Counted from the whole stretch's first letter, positions 8,748 to 19,082 are shown. The stretch is 63,932 nucleotides of DNA, filler included, from Nitrospinota bacterium (GCA_030620925.1; 13 parts of 13 records of this genome joined end to end with filler, not necessarily neighbours in it); one strand, 5' to 3'. Program-made: numbers and translations. Notes: generated by a model not told the origin, from the letters alone.

Positions 8748-11030
8748 TTATTCTCCTTTTTCTTTGAGGGCGCTCAGTATCTTCTCCGGAGTTATGGGGA
8801 GCGATTTTATGCGCACGCCTATGGCGTCGTAGACGGCGTTGGCGATGGCCGCAGCGGTGGGCACGTTGGGCTGTTCACCGAGTCCCTTGGCGCCGTAAGG
8901 CCCGGGGCCGTTCCTGTTTTCGACGAAACAGCATTCCACTTCAGGCATGTCGGCGGCGGTGAGCATGCCGTAGTCCCTGAAGTGGGGGTTCAAAACCTCG
9001 CCCCCTTTTTCCTTTATATGTTCACTGAGGGCGAAGCCGATGCCCTGATGCACGCCTCCCAGCACCTGGTTTTCCGCGTTGGTGGGATTTATAAGGAGGC
9101 CCACGTCGTTTGCAGAGACCAGCTTGACCAGCTTGACCATCCCCGTCCCGGTGTCCACCTCCACCTCGGTGGCCTGTGCCACGAAGGCACGGTCCTCGCC
9201 CATATCGAAGACGAAGCCTTTCAGCGCGTTCTGGTCGAAGCTGCCCAGCTTACCGAAGTAGGTTCCCGTCCCCATAATGGGTCCATGAGCGAGGAAGTGG
9301 CTGCTCAGGGCCAGCCTCTTCATGCTTATCTGCTGTTCCGGAGCATGTTTGACCCTGATCACGCCCTCCTCCATCTCCAGGTGTTTCGGGTAGGTGTCGA
9401 GCTGTTGGGCGGCCATCTCCAGGAGCTTGGCTTTAAGGTCTCCGGCGGCGTTTCTCACCGCCTGTCCGATGCAGTGGGTTATGCGGCTTCCGCTGCTCAT
9501 TAAATCGAAAGGCGAATGGTCTGTGTCCTTGGGGGCCATCAGCATGCGGTCCAGGGGGAGCCCCAGCTCCTCGGCGGCCACCTGCAGGGCCATGATGTCG
9601 GTGCCCGTGGCGTCGGGTGCGCCGATGGAGAGGCTCACCGTGCCGTCCACGTTAAGTTTCATCGTAGCGCCCGATGCCCCCACGCCGCTGTACCAGTTGC
9701 CCACGGCGATGCCTTTACCCCTGTTAGGGCCGCTTCTCGCTTTCAGCTCTATCCCTTCAGCCGCCTTGAGAAGGACTTCCTCTATGCCCACCCCGAGGTA
9801 GCGGTCTCCGCACGGGCCGGTGTAGCCCTCCTCCACGGCGTTCTTCAGGCGCAGTTCCACCGGGTCCATTCCCAGTTTACGGGCAATGATGTCCATCTGT
9901 GACTCGAAGGCGAAGGTGGGTTGGGGGGCGCCGTGTGCCCGGCAGCAGTGCGCGCTCATCTTGTTGGTGTAGACGCAGTAGGAATCGACCTCCACGTTGG
10001 GTACCTTGTATGGGCCAACTGCCTGCTTGGCCCCTTCACCGGCCACCATGGGGCCTGCATCGGAAAATGCTCCGGTATCGTAGACCAGTTTCACCTTGCG
10101 GGCGGTGATTGTTCCGTCCTTTTTCACACCGGTCTTTATTTCTATTGTCGTGGAGTGCCTGGGGTTGAAAGAGGTGAACTCCTCCTCTCTGGAAGTCACT
10201 ATTTTCACCGGGTGCCCGCTCTTCTTGGAGAGCAGGATGCAGTAGGGCTCTATGCGAACAGCTTCTTTGGAACCGAAACTGCCCCCGATGGTCGTGGGGT
10301 AAACCGATATATGGTTGAGGGGAAGACCGAATATCTCCGAAAGCTGCCCTCTGAGATAGAAAGCGAGGGTGGTGGGCGTCCATACCTCGATCCTCCCCGT
10401 GGAGTGTACCCGGGCGATGGCAGCATGGGGCTCTATCTGTCCCTGAATAATGCTCTGGGTGTGGAAAACGTCCTCGAAGATGTGGTCGGCTTCCCTGAAC
10501 CCCTTTTCCACATCCCCACGTCTGATGCTGGTTTGAGAGCATACGTTCCCGGACTTCACTACAATTGAGCTTCCACTATATTCACCGCAGTGCTCGTGGA
10601 TGAGGATCGCCTCGGGGTCCATGGCTTCTATTGCATCGAACAGGCCGGGAAGCTTCTTATACTCCACCCTGATGCTCTCGATGGCCTCTTCCGCAAGCTC
10701 CGCAGTGGGCGCGGCGACAACGGCCACCGGCTCGCCGATGAATCGGACTTTTTCAGAAGCGAAAAAGGGCATGTCCTGCACTGCGCCGCCGATGAGTGCC
10801 TGCGGTGCGTCCTCGGCGGTGGCCACGTATTTTTTCCCTCCCAGCAGCTTTTCGGCCCTCGAGGTGTCGACACGCATTATTTCGGCGTGGGGGTGGGGGC
10901 TGCGCAGAATTTTGCCGTGCAGCATACCGGGCATTTTGATATCGGCGGCGTATTGAGTGGCGCCGGTAACTTTCTCTTTTATATCAAGCACCGGCAGGTG
11001 CTTACCTATATAGGAAAATTCTTCTTTCAT
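8748..11030 (-). CDS. Xanthine dehydrogenase-family molybdopterin-binding large subunit
   Basis: KVTG..Y..D, LRSPHPHA, GGSFGSK, AFESQMD, GPYGAKGLGE, LPITPEK. Confidence 0.93.
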   Translation of the reverse strand: MKEEFSYIGKHLPVLDIKEKVTGATQYAADIKMPGMLHGKILRSPHPHAEIMRVDTSRAEKLLGGKKYVATAEDAPQALIGGAVQDMPFFASEKVRFIGEPVAVVAAPTAELAEEAIESIRVEYKKLPGLFDAIEAMDPEAILIHEHCGEYSGSSIVVKSGNVCSQTSIRRGDVEKGFREADHIFEDVFHTQSIIQGQIEPHAAIARVHSTGRIEVWTPTTLAFYLRGQLSEIFGLPLNHISVYPTTIGGSFGSKEAVRIEPYCILLSKKSGHPVKIVTSREEEFTSFNPRHSTTIEIKTGVKKDGTITARKVKLVYDTGAFSDAGPMVAGEGAKQAVGPYKVPNVEVDSYCVYTNKMSAHCCRAHGAPQPTFAFESQMDIIARKLGMDPVELRLKNAVEEGYTGPCGDRYLGVGIEEVLLKAAEGIELKARSGPNRGKGIAVGNWYSGVGASGATMKLNVDGTVSLSIGAPDATGTDIMALQVAAEELGLPLDRMLMAPKDTDHSPFDLMSSGSRITHCIGQAVRNAAGDLKAKLLEMAAQQLDTYPKHLEMEEGVIRVKHAPEQQISMKRLALSSHFLAHGPIMGTGTYFGKLGSFDQNALKGFVFDMGEDRAFVAQATEVEVDTGTGMVKLVKLVSANDVGLLINPTNAENQVLGGVHQGIGFALSEHIKEKGGEVLNPHFRDYGMLTAADMPEVECCFVENRNGPGPYGAKGLGEQPNVPTAAAIANAVYDAIGVRIKSLPITPEKILSALKEKGE

Positions 11031-11174
11031 GAGCCGATCTCTCCTTTTTCTTTGAGGGCGCTGAGTATCTTCTCCGGGGTTATGGGGAGCGATTTTATGC
11101 GCACGCCTATGGCGTCGTAGACGGCGTTGGCGATGGCCGCAGCGGTGGGCACGTTGGGCTGTTCACCGAGTCCC
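11027..11174 (-). CDS. 3' end of a second, tandem Mo-hydroxylase large subunit (truncated by contig end)
   Basis: Near-identical to 8753-8886; encodes GLGEQPNVPTAAAIANAVYDAIGVRIKSLPITPEKILSALKEKGEIGS*; its stop overlaps the next ATG (ATGA). Confidence 0.85.
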
Positions 11175-11274
11175 NNNNNNNNNNNNNNNNNNNNNNNNNN
11201 NNNNNNNNNNNNNNNNNNTTAATTAATTAANNNNNNNNNNNNNNNNNNNNNNNNNNNNNNNNNNNNNNNNNNNN
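11175..11274. other. Artificial contig linker (N44-TTAATTAATTAA-N44). Others at 15287, 17935, 22402, 25842, 32836, 36157, 39456, 47370, 55264, 58319 and 60980, each 100 bp
   Basis: Identical spacer with stops in all six frames, repeated 12 times. Confidence 0.99.
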
Positions 11275-11543
11275 CAGTGCAGGTTGCAGTTAGTGAGGAA
11301 GATGGTCCCCGAACCCTGATAGCCCACCAGGGGAGGCTCTTCGCCGAAATGAGGAAATGCGGAGGAAATCATCACCTGGCTCTCGGCCCTGCAGACCCCC
11401 CGTTCTTTATCCAGACGATTCACCATGCATTTTCTGGGGCAGAGAGTGCAGCTCTCCAGAAAGGCCATAAGGGCTTCTCCCCTTCCGACCAGGTCGCCCT
11501 TTTCATGCAGGGATACGTAACAGGGATTGAAATTCAGTTTCAG
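11275..11543 (-). CDS. Radical SAM protein, PflX-like, 5' part
   Basis: CTLCPRKC..NR..G.C, PHFGEEPPLVG..GSGTIF..CNL; the ORF extends upstream of the tracked ATG to a possible CTG start. Confidence 0.85.
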
Positions 11544-11744
11544 CGTTCCTTTCTTCTTATTTGCCGTTGTCTATTCCGAAAACAACCCTTCACCACAGGT
11601 TATCCAAACCGAAGACCTGTTTTAAATTTGACAAATGACAGGAATGTGATAATTTAACTTAGAATCTTACAATAACCAGATACACAATAATATAATGTAC
11701 GACATCAAGTGCACACAAAAAATTCGTTAAGGATAAGGGGGAAA

Positions 11745-12398
11745 ATGTCGTCCAAAGAAGCGGGCCCATCCCCCGGCTGGCGCTTCGCTCTTTTGGCTGA
11801 CCCTTTTCCGCTTATAATGAGTGCGAAGCTGTGTCTCCATGCCTTTCACCTTTCTGATCAGGTCAATATCGCTGAACCCAGGGCAAAAGTAGAATTCCAG
11901 ATCATCCGAGAGGATTCAAAAGAGGTCAACGCGCTGTATGAGTTTACCGACCCCCGGCTGGTCCACTGGCGTTTCAGCCAGGGAGAAATCTGCTGGGTTG
12001 CAAAGGCGGAAGATGAGATAGTCTCCTACGTTTGGGCGGCCTTAAAGAAAGAGCGGGTGGAAGAGCTCTGCAAAGCCATAGAACTTCAGGAGGGAGAGAT
12101 ATACCTTTACGATGCCTTCACTCTCGAGGAATGGAGGGGAAAGGCCCTTTACCCGGCTATTTTAAGCCGACAGCTCGAATATTTCAAAAACGAAGGGTTC
12201 GTAAGGGCGCTGATTTTCACCGTGGAAGGAAACATCGCTTCGAGGAGAGGAATACTGAGGGCCGGTTTCTACCATTTCCAGACCATTGAGATAACCAAAA
12301 TACTCAACTTCGCCCTATATAATTACAGTGAAAAGATGCCCACCAATGAAGTCGACGTAACCTTCGTCCCCTGGAAAACGCCACCCGACATTCACTGA
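11745..12398 (+). CDS. GNAT family N-acetyltransferase
   Basis: YLYDAFT..EWRGK.LY, N.AS...AGF; start codon uncertain. Confidence 0.75.
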   Translation: MSSKEAGPSPGWRFALLADPFPLIMSAKLCLHAFHLSDQVNIAEPRAKVEFQIIREDSKEVNALYEFTDPRLVHWRFSQGEICWVAKAEDEIVSYVWAALKKERVEELCKAIELQEGEIYLYDAFTLEEWRGKALYPAILSRQLEYFKNEGFVRALIFTVEGNIASRRGILRAGFYHFQTIEITKILNFALYNYSEKMPTNEVDVTFVPWKTPPDIH

Positions 12399-12447
12399 AA
12401 AAAGTGGCGGTTTCCCCCGGATGTCAATGATAAAGGTTTAAAGGGTA

Positions 12448-13458
12448 GTGGAAATAGATTGCTACACCGATAGCACAGGATTCCAGAAGCTTGAGCAAGG
12501 ATGGGAAGCCCTGCTCGATAATAATAAGAGAGCTACTATTTTCCAGACCCCCGAATGGAACCGCATCTGGTGGGAAAACTTCAGATCCGGGAAGGAGCTT
12601 ATGCTGCTGGCCTTTGCCGGAGAGGGCGTCTCCCCTGTAGGAATAGCGCCCCTCTATTCCACGCAGTCCACCGAAGGGCAGCGGGTGCTCCGTATAGTGG
12701 GCGGTATAGACCTCAGCGACTATCTGGACCTCATTTATCATGCCGGCCATGAAGAACCGCTTTGCAAGGCATTGCTCAGCTATTTACGAGAAAACCGCGG
12801 GGAGTGGGACGCTCTCGAGCTGCACAACGTCCCTGCCGACTCCCCTACACTTACAGTTCTCAAAAAGGCGGCTAACGAAATGGGCTTTCAGACAACCGCC
12901 GAAGAAGAAGAAGTATGCCCCTACATCCCCCTGCCTTCCACCTGGGATGACTACCTGTCCACGTTAAGCAAGAAGGACCGCCACGAACTGCGCAGAAAGA
13001 TGCGCAAGGCGGGCAGCGAGGGCGGCGATAAGAGATACGTGGTGGGCGGCGAAAACAACTTGAGTATGGAGTTAGATGAATTCTTCCGGTTGCACCGAAA
13101 GAGCGGGGAAGATAAAAAGGAGTTCATGGAGGACGGCATAGAAAAATTTTTTCATGATTTCAGCGCACAATTTCACGAGAGAGGGTGGCTCGATCTCTCT
13201 TTCCTGGAGATCAATGAGCAAAGGGCCGCCTCGCTGCTGAGCTTTAAGTACCGGGGAAGCATCTATCTATACAACAGCGGCTTCGACCCCGCCTTCTCAT
13301 CCTACAGCGCCGGGATTGCCCTCATGGGGCAGTCGATAAAGGACGCCAGTGAAGAGGGTTATCAGAAATACGATTTCTTAAGGGGCAGCGAAGGCTCTAA
13401 ATACCGGTTGGGCGCGCAGGATGTTCCGGTATATAAGATGAATATATATTCCGGGTAG
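12448..13458 (+). CDS. GNAT family acetyltransferase (CelD/BcsL, Acetyltransf_6 type)
   Basis: FQTPEW..WW, SDYLD, YLYNSGFDP, YDFLRG. Confidence 0.85.
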   Translation: MEIDCYTDSTGFQKLEQGWEALLDNNKRATIFQTPEWNRIWWENFRSGKELMLLAFAGEGVSPVGIAPLYSTQSTEGQRVLRIVGGIDLSDYLDLIYHAGHEEPLCKALLSYLRENRGEWDALELHNVPADSPTLTVLKKAANEMGFQTTAEEEEVCPYIPLPSTWDDYLSTLSKKDRHELRRKMRKAGSEGGDKRYVVGGENNLSMELDEFFRLHRKSGEDKKEFMEDGIEKFFHDFSAQFHERGWLDLSFLEINEQRAASLLSFKYRGSIYLYNSGFDPAFSSYSAGIALMGQSIKDASEEGYQKYDFLRGSEGSKYRLGAQDVPVYKMNIYSG

Positions 13459-13604
13459 CAGGATGGCCGCCTCAGGTATGCCCGTTCAGCAGCCGAGGGG
13501 AAATAAAAACAGTGCTAAGGTTTGATAGATAAGTTCAATTGTTGTTTAATAAGGAGTCTTTTTTATATAACAGACTAACCGGATTTAAGGAAGTCGAACA
13601 AATC

Positions 13605-14912
13605 ATGACCAGAATCGCCATCATCAGCATACACAGTTGCCCTCTGGCCCCCTTGGGGGGTGAGGAAAGGGGGGGCATGAACGTCTACGTGCGCGAGGTC
13701 AGCAAAGAGTTGGGGCGAAGGGGCATCGGCGTGGACGTCTTCACCAGGGCCAAGAGCCCCGACCTCCCGAAAGTGGTGCACCTGCCCGAAAACGTGAGAG
13801 TCGTGCACCTCCCCGCCGGAAAGGTGGAGCCCTATGCCAAAGAACTTGTGGCGAACCACATAAACGAGTTTACCCGGGGTGTTTTACGGTTCGCAGCTTC
13901 ACAAGAAATATACTACGACCTGCTTCACGGCCACTACTGGCTGTCGGGGTTGGTGGCCGATAAACTCAGGGAAACATGGGGGATTCCCTTTATCCAGATG
14001 TTTCATACCCTGAGCAAGCTGAAAAACATCGCCTCCAGGGGGAGGCTGGAAAAAGAACCGAGGCGGCGAGTCAAGGCCGAGCAGGAAATAATCAAGCGGG
14101 CGGACCTGGTGGTTGCCGCCAGCGCGCTTGAACGAATACAGATGAACCGGTTCTATGGGGCGTCGATGGAAAAAATACGGGTTATTCCCTGCGGGGTGGA
14201 CGTCAACCTGTTCAGACCCATACCCCAGGAAAAAGCCAGAGAATCCCTGAATTTAGACCATGAAAACATCCTCCTCTTCGTGGGAAGAATCGAACCCATC
14301 AAAGGGCTGGACACACTTATCAGGGCCTTAGCCATACTCAATAATGACCGGACGATGCAGAACCGGCCACCCAAGCTACTTGTGGTAGGAGGAGCCAACA
14401 GCGGCAACGGCGATCAGCCGGTCCCCAAAGAAGTGGCCAGGCTCAAGCGTATCGCCGGAGGATTGGGCATAGACAAACAGATAAAGTTCATGGGCCCTCT
14501 GGACCAGAAAGAGCTGCCCTATTATTATTCAGCGGCGGACGTCTGCGTTCTCCCCTCTTATTACGAATCCTTCGGGCTGGTCACCCTGGAAGCAATGGCT
14601 TGCGGCACCCCCATGATCGCCTCCAGGGTCGGGGGTCTCCCCTTCACCATAAAGGACGGCGAGAACGGCTACCTGGTTACCGAAGGGGAACCGGCTGAGC
14701 TCGCCGACAAAGTCAAGCTGGTTCTGACCGACGAAAAGGAAAAATTGAGACTGGGCGACATGGGCGTAAACACCACCAAGGAGTACGGCTGGGAAACCAT
14801 CACCTCCAGGCTGCTCTCCGTCTACAGCGAACTCATAGAATTGCAGCCGGGCGGGCGGGAGCTCGAAGAGGAACCGGAGGAAAAAATCATTCATGAGCAC
14901 GCCAAACAATAG
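13605..14912 (+). CDS. GT4 glycosyltransferase, MshA-like
   Basis: HSCPL..GGMNVY, HYWLSG, FHTL, VGRIEPIKG, PSYYESFGLVTLEA. Confidence 0.85.
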   Translation: MTRIAIISIHSCPLAPLGGEERGGMNVYVREVSKELGRRGIGVDVFTRAKSPDLPKVVHLPENVRVVHLPAGKVEPYAKELVANHINEFTRGVLRFAASQEIYYDLLHGHYWLSGLVADKLRETWGIPFIQMFHTLSKLKNIASRGRLEKEPRRRVKAEQEIIKRADLVVAASALERIQMNRFYGASMEKIRVIPCGVDVNLFRPIPQEKARESLNLDHENILLFVGRIEPIKGLDTLIRALAILNNDRTMQNRPPKLLVVGGANSGNGDQPVPKEVARLKRIAGGLGIDKQIKFMGPLDQKELPYYYSAADVCVLPSYYESFGLVTLEAMACGTPMIASRVGGLPFTIKDGENGYLVTEGEPAELADKVKLVLTDEKEKLRLGDMGVNTTKEYGWETITSRLLSVYSELIELQPGGRELEEEPEEKIIHEHAKQ

Positions 14913-15286
14913 CACCTGCAAATACCTGCTGATAACCGCCCATCCGGATGACGCCGAGCTGAGTAGCGGCGGCTCCGTGGCCCGCTGGGTGCGCGAGGGC
15001 CATCAAGTCAACTACGTGGTGTGCACCACGGGCAACAAAGGCACCAAGGATTTCGACATGACCCCCCATCGACTGGCCGAGATACGCGAGAAAGAGCAGG
15101 AAGCGGCGGCCAAGGTGCTGGGAGTAAACAAAGTCGTCTTCCTTCGCCATCAGGACGGCGAACTGGAAGCCACCATCGCCTTCAGAAACGAGCTGGCGAT
15201 GCTCATCAGGAGTTTTCAGCCGGATGTAATCGTTACCCACGACCCCTGGCGGCACTACCTCATCCACCCCGATCACAGGGCGGTGG
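14893..15286 (+). CDS. PIG-L/LmbE family deacetylase (MshB/BshB-like), 3' truncated
   Basis: AHPDDAE, R..E...A..LG, HPDH. Confidence 0.9.
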
Positions 15287-15386
15287 NNNNNNNNNNNNNN
15301 NNNNNNNNNNNNNNNNNNNNNNNNNNNNNNTTAATTAATTAANNNNNNNNNNNNNNNNNNNNNNNNNNNNNNNNNNNNNNNNNNNN

Positions 15387-15794
15387 AAGCTGGGGTTGCG
15401 CAGGCCCTTCTTCTTCGTATTCGGAGCGGCGCTGGGGGCGCTGTTTCTCGTGTTACCTTTTATTACCTCATCCGTTGCGGCCGCCGTCTACGCCCTTGCC
15501 GTGGGCCTGAGTTTCGGGGCTATCAACCCCATGATCTTCGTTGTTTGCGCTGAATCGCAGGACATCGGACCGGAGCGCACCGGAAGTGCGACGGGGGTCA
15601 TGATCTGCTTTGCCAACATCGGTGCGTTGGTGATACCCACCATGGCGGGCTATATCCTGGGTACACTGAAGGGGGCGGCCATGGCCGATTACCGGTGGGT
15701 GTGGCTGTTGGTTGCGCTGGCCCTTATCATGATAACGCTTTTCACTTCCGGGTTGAAGGAAACGGGCGCCAGAGTGCGCAATCCCGCTTCTTAG
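15387..15794 (+). CDS. MFS transporter, 3' part
   Basis: GLRRPF loop, four hydrophobic helices, C-terminal LKET. Confidence 0.7.
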   Translation, partial: KLGLRRPFFFVFGAALGALFLVLPFITSSVAAAVYALAVGLSFGAINPMIFVVCAESQDIGPERTGSATGVMICFANIGALVIPTMAGYILGTLKGAAMADYRWVWLLVALALIMITLFTSGLKETGARVRNPAS

Positions 15795-15872
15795 TTCCGC
15801 CTTAGTCTGGATAGAAGCCGGCTTCGATGGCTATATTGTCCTGGTTCGTGAACTTTGTGTCCTGTATCCTGA

Positions 15873-17462
15873 TCAGGGGGGAGTTATAAGCTTGTCCTTG
15901 CTTTCTTCATCTGCAACAGTCAGGCTTCGCTTGACCAGGCTCGAGACAAAGGGGTGTTTGTGGGGCGGGAGGTTTTCGTCATCCAGCGCCAGGCCCGCTA
16001 CCAGGGCCAATTTCGCGTCATCCTGGTTTCCGAGTTTATAAAGTATATAAGCGTTTTCTTCGAGGCGACGACGGAAAATGCTTTTCAACTCAGCCTGAAA
16101 CAGCTCGTCGGCGGCCTGGTTGACAATATCTTCGATCCTTTCTTTTTGCGAGGTTTCGCTGAGCACGATGCGGCTTTCCTGGGCTTCTTGCAGCTTGAAA
16201 TTGTAGGGTTCCATATCTTCGGAGGGTATGATCCAACTCGCAAACCGTTCGTGTTCCAATAGTTTGGCTGAGGAAGTCAGGAGCAACTGGTTGGGGTATA
16301 TTTCGGTTTCGTTGAAATGGTCGTATATGAGGGGTTTGTCGAACGCTTTCTCCACCTCGCCGATTACCTGTTGTGCTTGCAGGTAGTCCTCAGGCAGCGA
16401 GGTGTCGGACTGTGCGTTAAGTTTTGCCGCTTCTTCTATTAGATGGCTACAGTAATCTGCATCTATTTCCACCGCCGAGTATTGTTCTGATATCAAGTCC
16501 GTGATTTCCTGATAATTTTTCTTATTGGTCTCATATACATGGCAATCGATTAAGCCTTTTCTGTCGTTCATCATGCAGTTGATCAGGTGAAGACCTCCCA
16601 GGGCTTTCGTGCGAGCCAGCCAGAGCATCCTGTTGCCCTCCCCGTCTATCAGGCTCGCACAGGCTCCGAAAAACTTGTATTCGGGGGTGCTCAGGATCGA
16701 CTGGTGTGTTCTCTCTATTTCTCCGATCTCTATACCAGACGCTCTGAGACGGTATATGGCCTTCTTTGCCGCTTTGTGCAGCTCGCCTTTGCTTTTGTCT
16801 CCGGCCGCCTCTAACAGCACTTCGATCAATTCGTCTGAAGGGGTGGAGCCCATGAGATCAACCAGATAAATGGAGAGCGGATTTTCTCCTTCCTGCAGTA
16901 TTTCTTTGGCCAGCGGAAGAGCGCTTCCTTCCACCTCCTGCACCACCTCCCTGAGGATTGATTTCGCTATGTCCGGGGGCAGGGAGAGAACGTCGGACAA
17001 TTTACCCTCACTCTCTCCAGCGTCTTCACCTTCCGTGAATTTAGAAATGAGAGCGGAAGAGAGCCCCTGGCTTTTGTTGACGGCTTCTACGATCTCCTGG
17101 TCGAGGGGATGGCCCCTTTCGGAGAGAAGCTCAGCCACCTCTTTTTTGACTTCAGAGAATATTTCCGGGCTCAAGACCAGCTCTTTCAGTGGTCTGGCCA
17201 TGATATCAAAATCACCCAGACAGGCCACCATACCGGCAAACCACCTCTGCCCGAGGCGGCTGCTCTTCTTAAACTCCCTGATAACCACGGAGGGCTAGAC
17301 TTTTGGATGTTCTTCTATCGGCTTAAGCCTTTCGTCTCCGCGGGTGATCCGATCCCAGGTTTGCACGGAACTCATCAGGGTATTGAGAGCTTCCTCCACA
17401 CCTGATTTAGAGGTGGAATTTGTTTTCAGCGCGTCTCTTTTTCTTTCTCTGCGTTTACCCAT
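15873..17462 (-). CDS. Conserved hypothetical protein with an in-frame TAG at 17295-17297 (read-through, pseudogene or sequence error)
   Basis: ATG at 17462 with AAGGA RBS; 55 codons, then TAG, then the same frame continues into the 471-aa ORF. Confidence 0.6.
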
Positions 17463-17662
17463 GGTCGTCCTTAATCCGAATTTATTTGTATATCATCCCC
17501 GGCGGTCGATTGTTTCATTAAAGTAGCACTGGGGAGCGGGGTTGTCAAGGATAGGAGCAGGAGGCGTTTATCACTCGCTGTTGGAGCGGGATGGGCGGTC
17601 ATTGCCCGCGATGAGGGCTGGTTCAAGTCCCTGGAATGATGCGTCTCGGGGAAGGGGTACAG

Positions 17663-17691
17663 TTGACAAACCTCGATATCTCATCTAATAT
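17663..17691 (+). promoter_or_regulatory. Putative sigma70 promoter
   Basis: TTGACA-N17-TAATAT upstream of the K+ channel gene. Confidence 0.55.
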
Positions 17692-17830
17692 CTTAAGAGG
17701 TTTACATAACCCTATTATGGTTCATGTATCCTGCCGGTTGGGCGGTTACATGAAGGATAAAAGGTGGTCGCAGCATGAGGAGAAGGATGTTCCTAACCGG
17801 TTGTTCTTATATTTCGGGGAGACTGAATGA

Positions 17831-17934
17831 GTGCCCTCTTTTCAGAAAAGAATTACTATAATAGTACTGCTCCTGGTAATTATAGTTTCGGCGGGCACCA
17901 TCGGCTACCGGATTATGGGATGGACTTTGCTGGA
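17831..17934 (+). CDS. Potassium channel (Kch/TrkA-type), 5' fragment
   Basis: VPSFQKRITIIVLLLVIIVSAGTIGYRIMGWTLL, the typical GTxGY...GW of M1/pore entry. Confidence 0.7.
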
Positions 17935-18034
17935 NNNNNNNNNNNNNNNNNNNNNNNNNNNNNNNNNNNNNNNNNNNNTTAATTAATTAANNNNNNNNNN
18001 NNNNNNNNNNNNNNNNNNNNNNNNNNNNNNNNNN

Positions 18035-19054
18035 CGCGGCTGGACGGACGGACTGCCCATCGTGCCCCCCACCAGGGAGAGGGTGGAGAAAATGCTGGAA
18101 TATGCCCGGGGTGAGCCGGGCGAGGTGGTAGCCGCCATTCCTCCCAAACAATGTGAAGCCACGATGGAGAAATTGGCGGTTAACGCGGTTATGGCCGGGT
18201 GCCTGCCTTCCTACTTCCCGGTGGTGGTCACCGCCATGGAAGCCCTCAAGGCGGAGGAATTCAACCTTTACGGTATTCAGACCACCACCCACGTGGCCTC
18301 ACCGTTAATTTTGGTGAACGGCCCTATGGCCGGGGAGCTGGATATAAACGCCGGCTACAACGTCTTCGGCCAGGGATGGATGGCTAACGCCACCATAGGG
18401 AGGGCGGTGAGGCTGGCGCTGTTCAACATCGGCGGAGCGAGCCCCGGTGTGTTAGACCGGGCCACCTTCGGTCACCCGGGGAAATATTCTTATTGTATAG
18501 CCGAAAACGAGGAAGCCAACCCCTGGGAACCTCTTCACGTCGAGCGGGGGCATGCGCCGGAAACCAGCACCGTCACCGTCATCGGCGCCGAAGCGCCGCA
18601 TAACATAAACGATCACGTAAGCACCACGGCGGAGGGGATTTTGATCACCGCCGCCTTCACCATGTGCGGGATGGGCACCAATTCCTCTTATCTGATGTCT
18701 GAAGCCATGCTCGTTCTGGGGCCGGAGCATACCGAGATAATCGCCGCAGAGGGTTGGAGCAAGAACGACGTGAAGCGATTCATCTTCGAGACGGCCCGGC
18801 ATCCTCGCGGAAGGCTTAAGAAAGGCGGTATGTGGGGGATGTTCGACTGGCCGGAGGAATACAACGTGGACGATGACGACATGATGTTGCCCATTTTACG
18901 CAAGCCGGAAGACTTGATGGTTATCGTAGCCGGCGGCTCGGGGCGCCATTCCGTTTTCGTGCCCACCTTCGGGATCACCAGGTCGGTTACCAGACCAATT
19001 GCGTTAGGCGACGGAAACCCTGCTTTTTCGGTCGAGGATTTTCGCCGTCATTGA
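18035..19054 (+). CDS. Conserved protein with a GWTDGLPIVPPT motif (partner of UGSC proteins), 5' truncated
   Basis: DGLPIVPPT, AVNAVMAGC, ANATIGRA, AENEE..PW, VAGG.G.HS. Confidence 0.8.
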   Translation, partial: RGWTDGLPIVPPTRERVEKMLEYARGEPGEVVAAIPPKQCEATMEKLAVNAVMAGCLPSYFPVVVTAMEALKAEEFNLYGIQTTTHVASPLILVNGPMAGELDINAGYNVFGQGWMANATIGRAVRLALFNIGGASPGVLDRATFGHPGKYSYCIAENEEANPWEPLHVERGHAPETSTVTVIGAEAPHNINDHVSTTAEGILITAAFTMCGMGTNSSYLMSEAMLVLGPEHTEIIAAEGWSKNDVKRFIFETARHPRGRLKKGGMWGMFDWPEEYNVDDDDMMLPILRKPEDLMVIVAGGSGRHSVFVPTFGITRSVTRPIALGDGNPAFSVEDFRRH

Positions 19055-19082
19055 GGCGAAAGATTACCTAGGGAGGGAGAAC

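Noticed and set aside
17583-17635. tRNA-like GGTTCAAGTCC motif
   Set aside because: The T-stem does not pair and no acceptor stem or cloverleaf can be built
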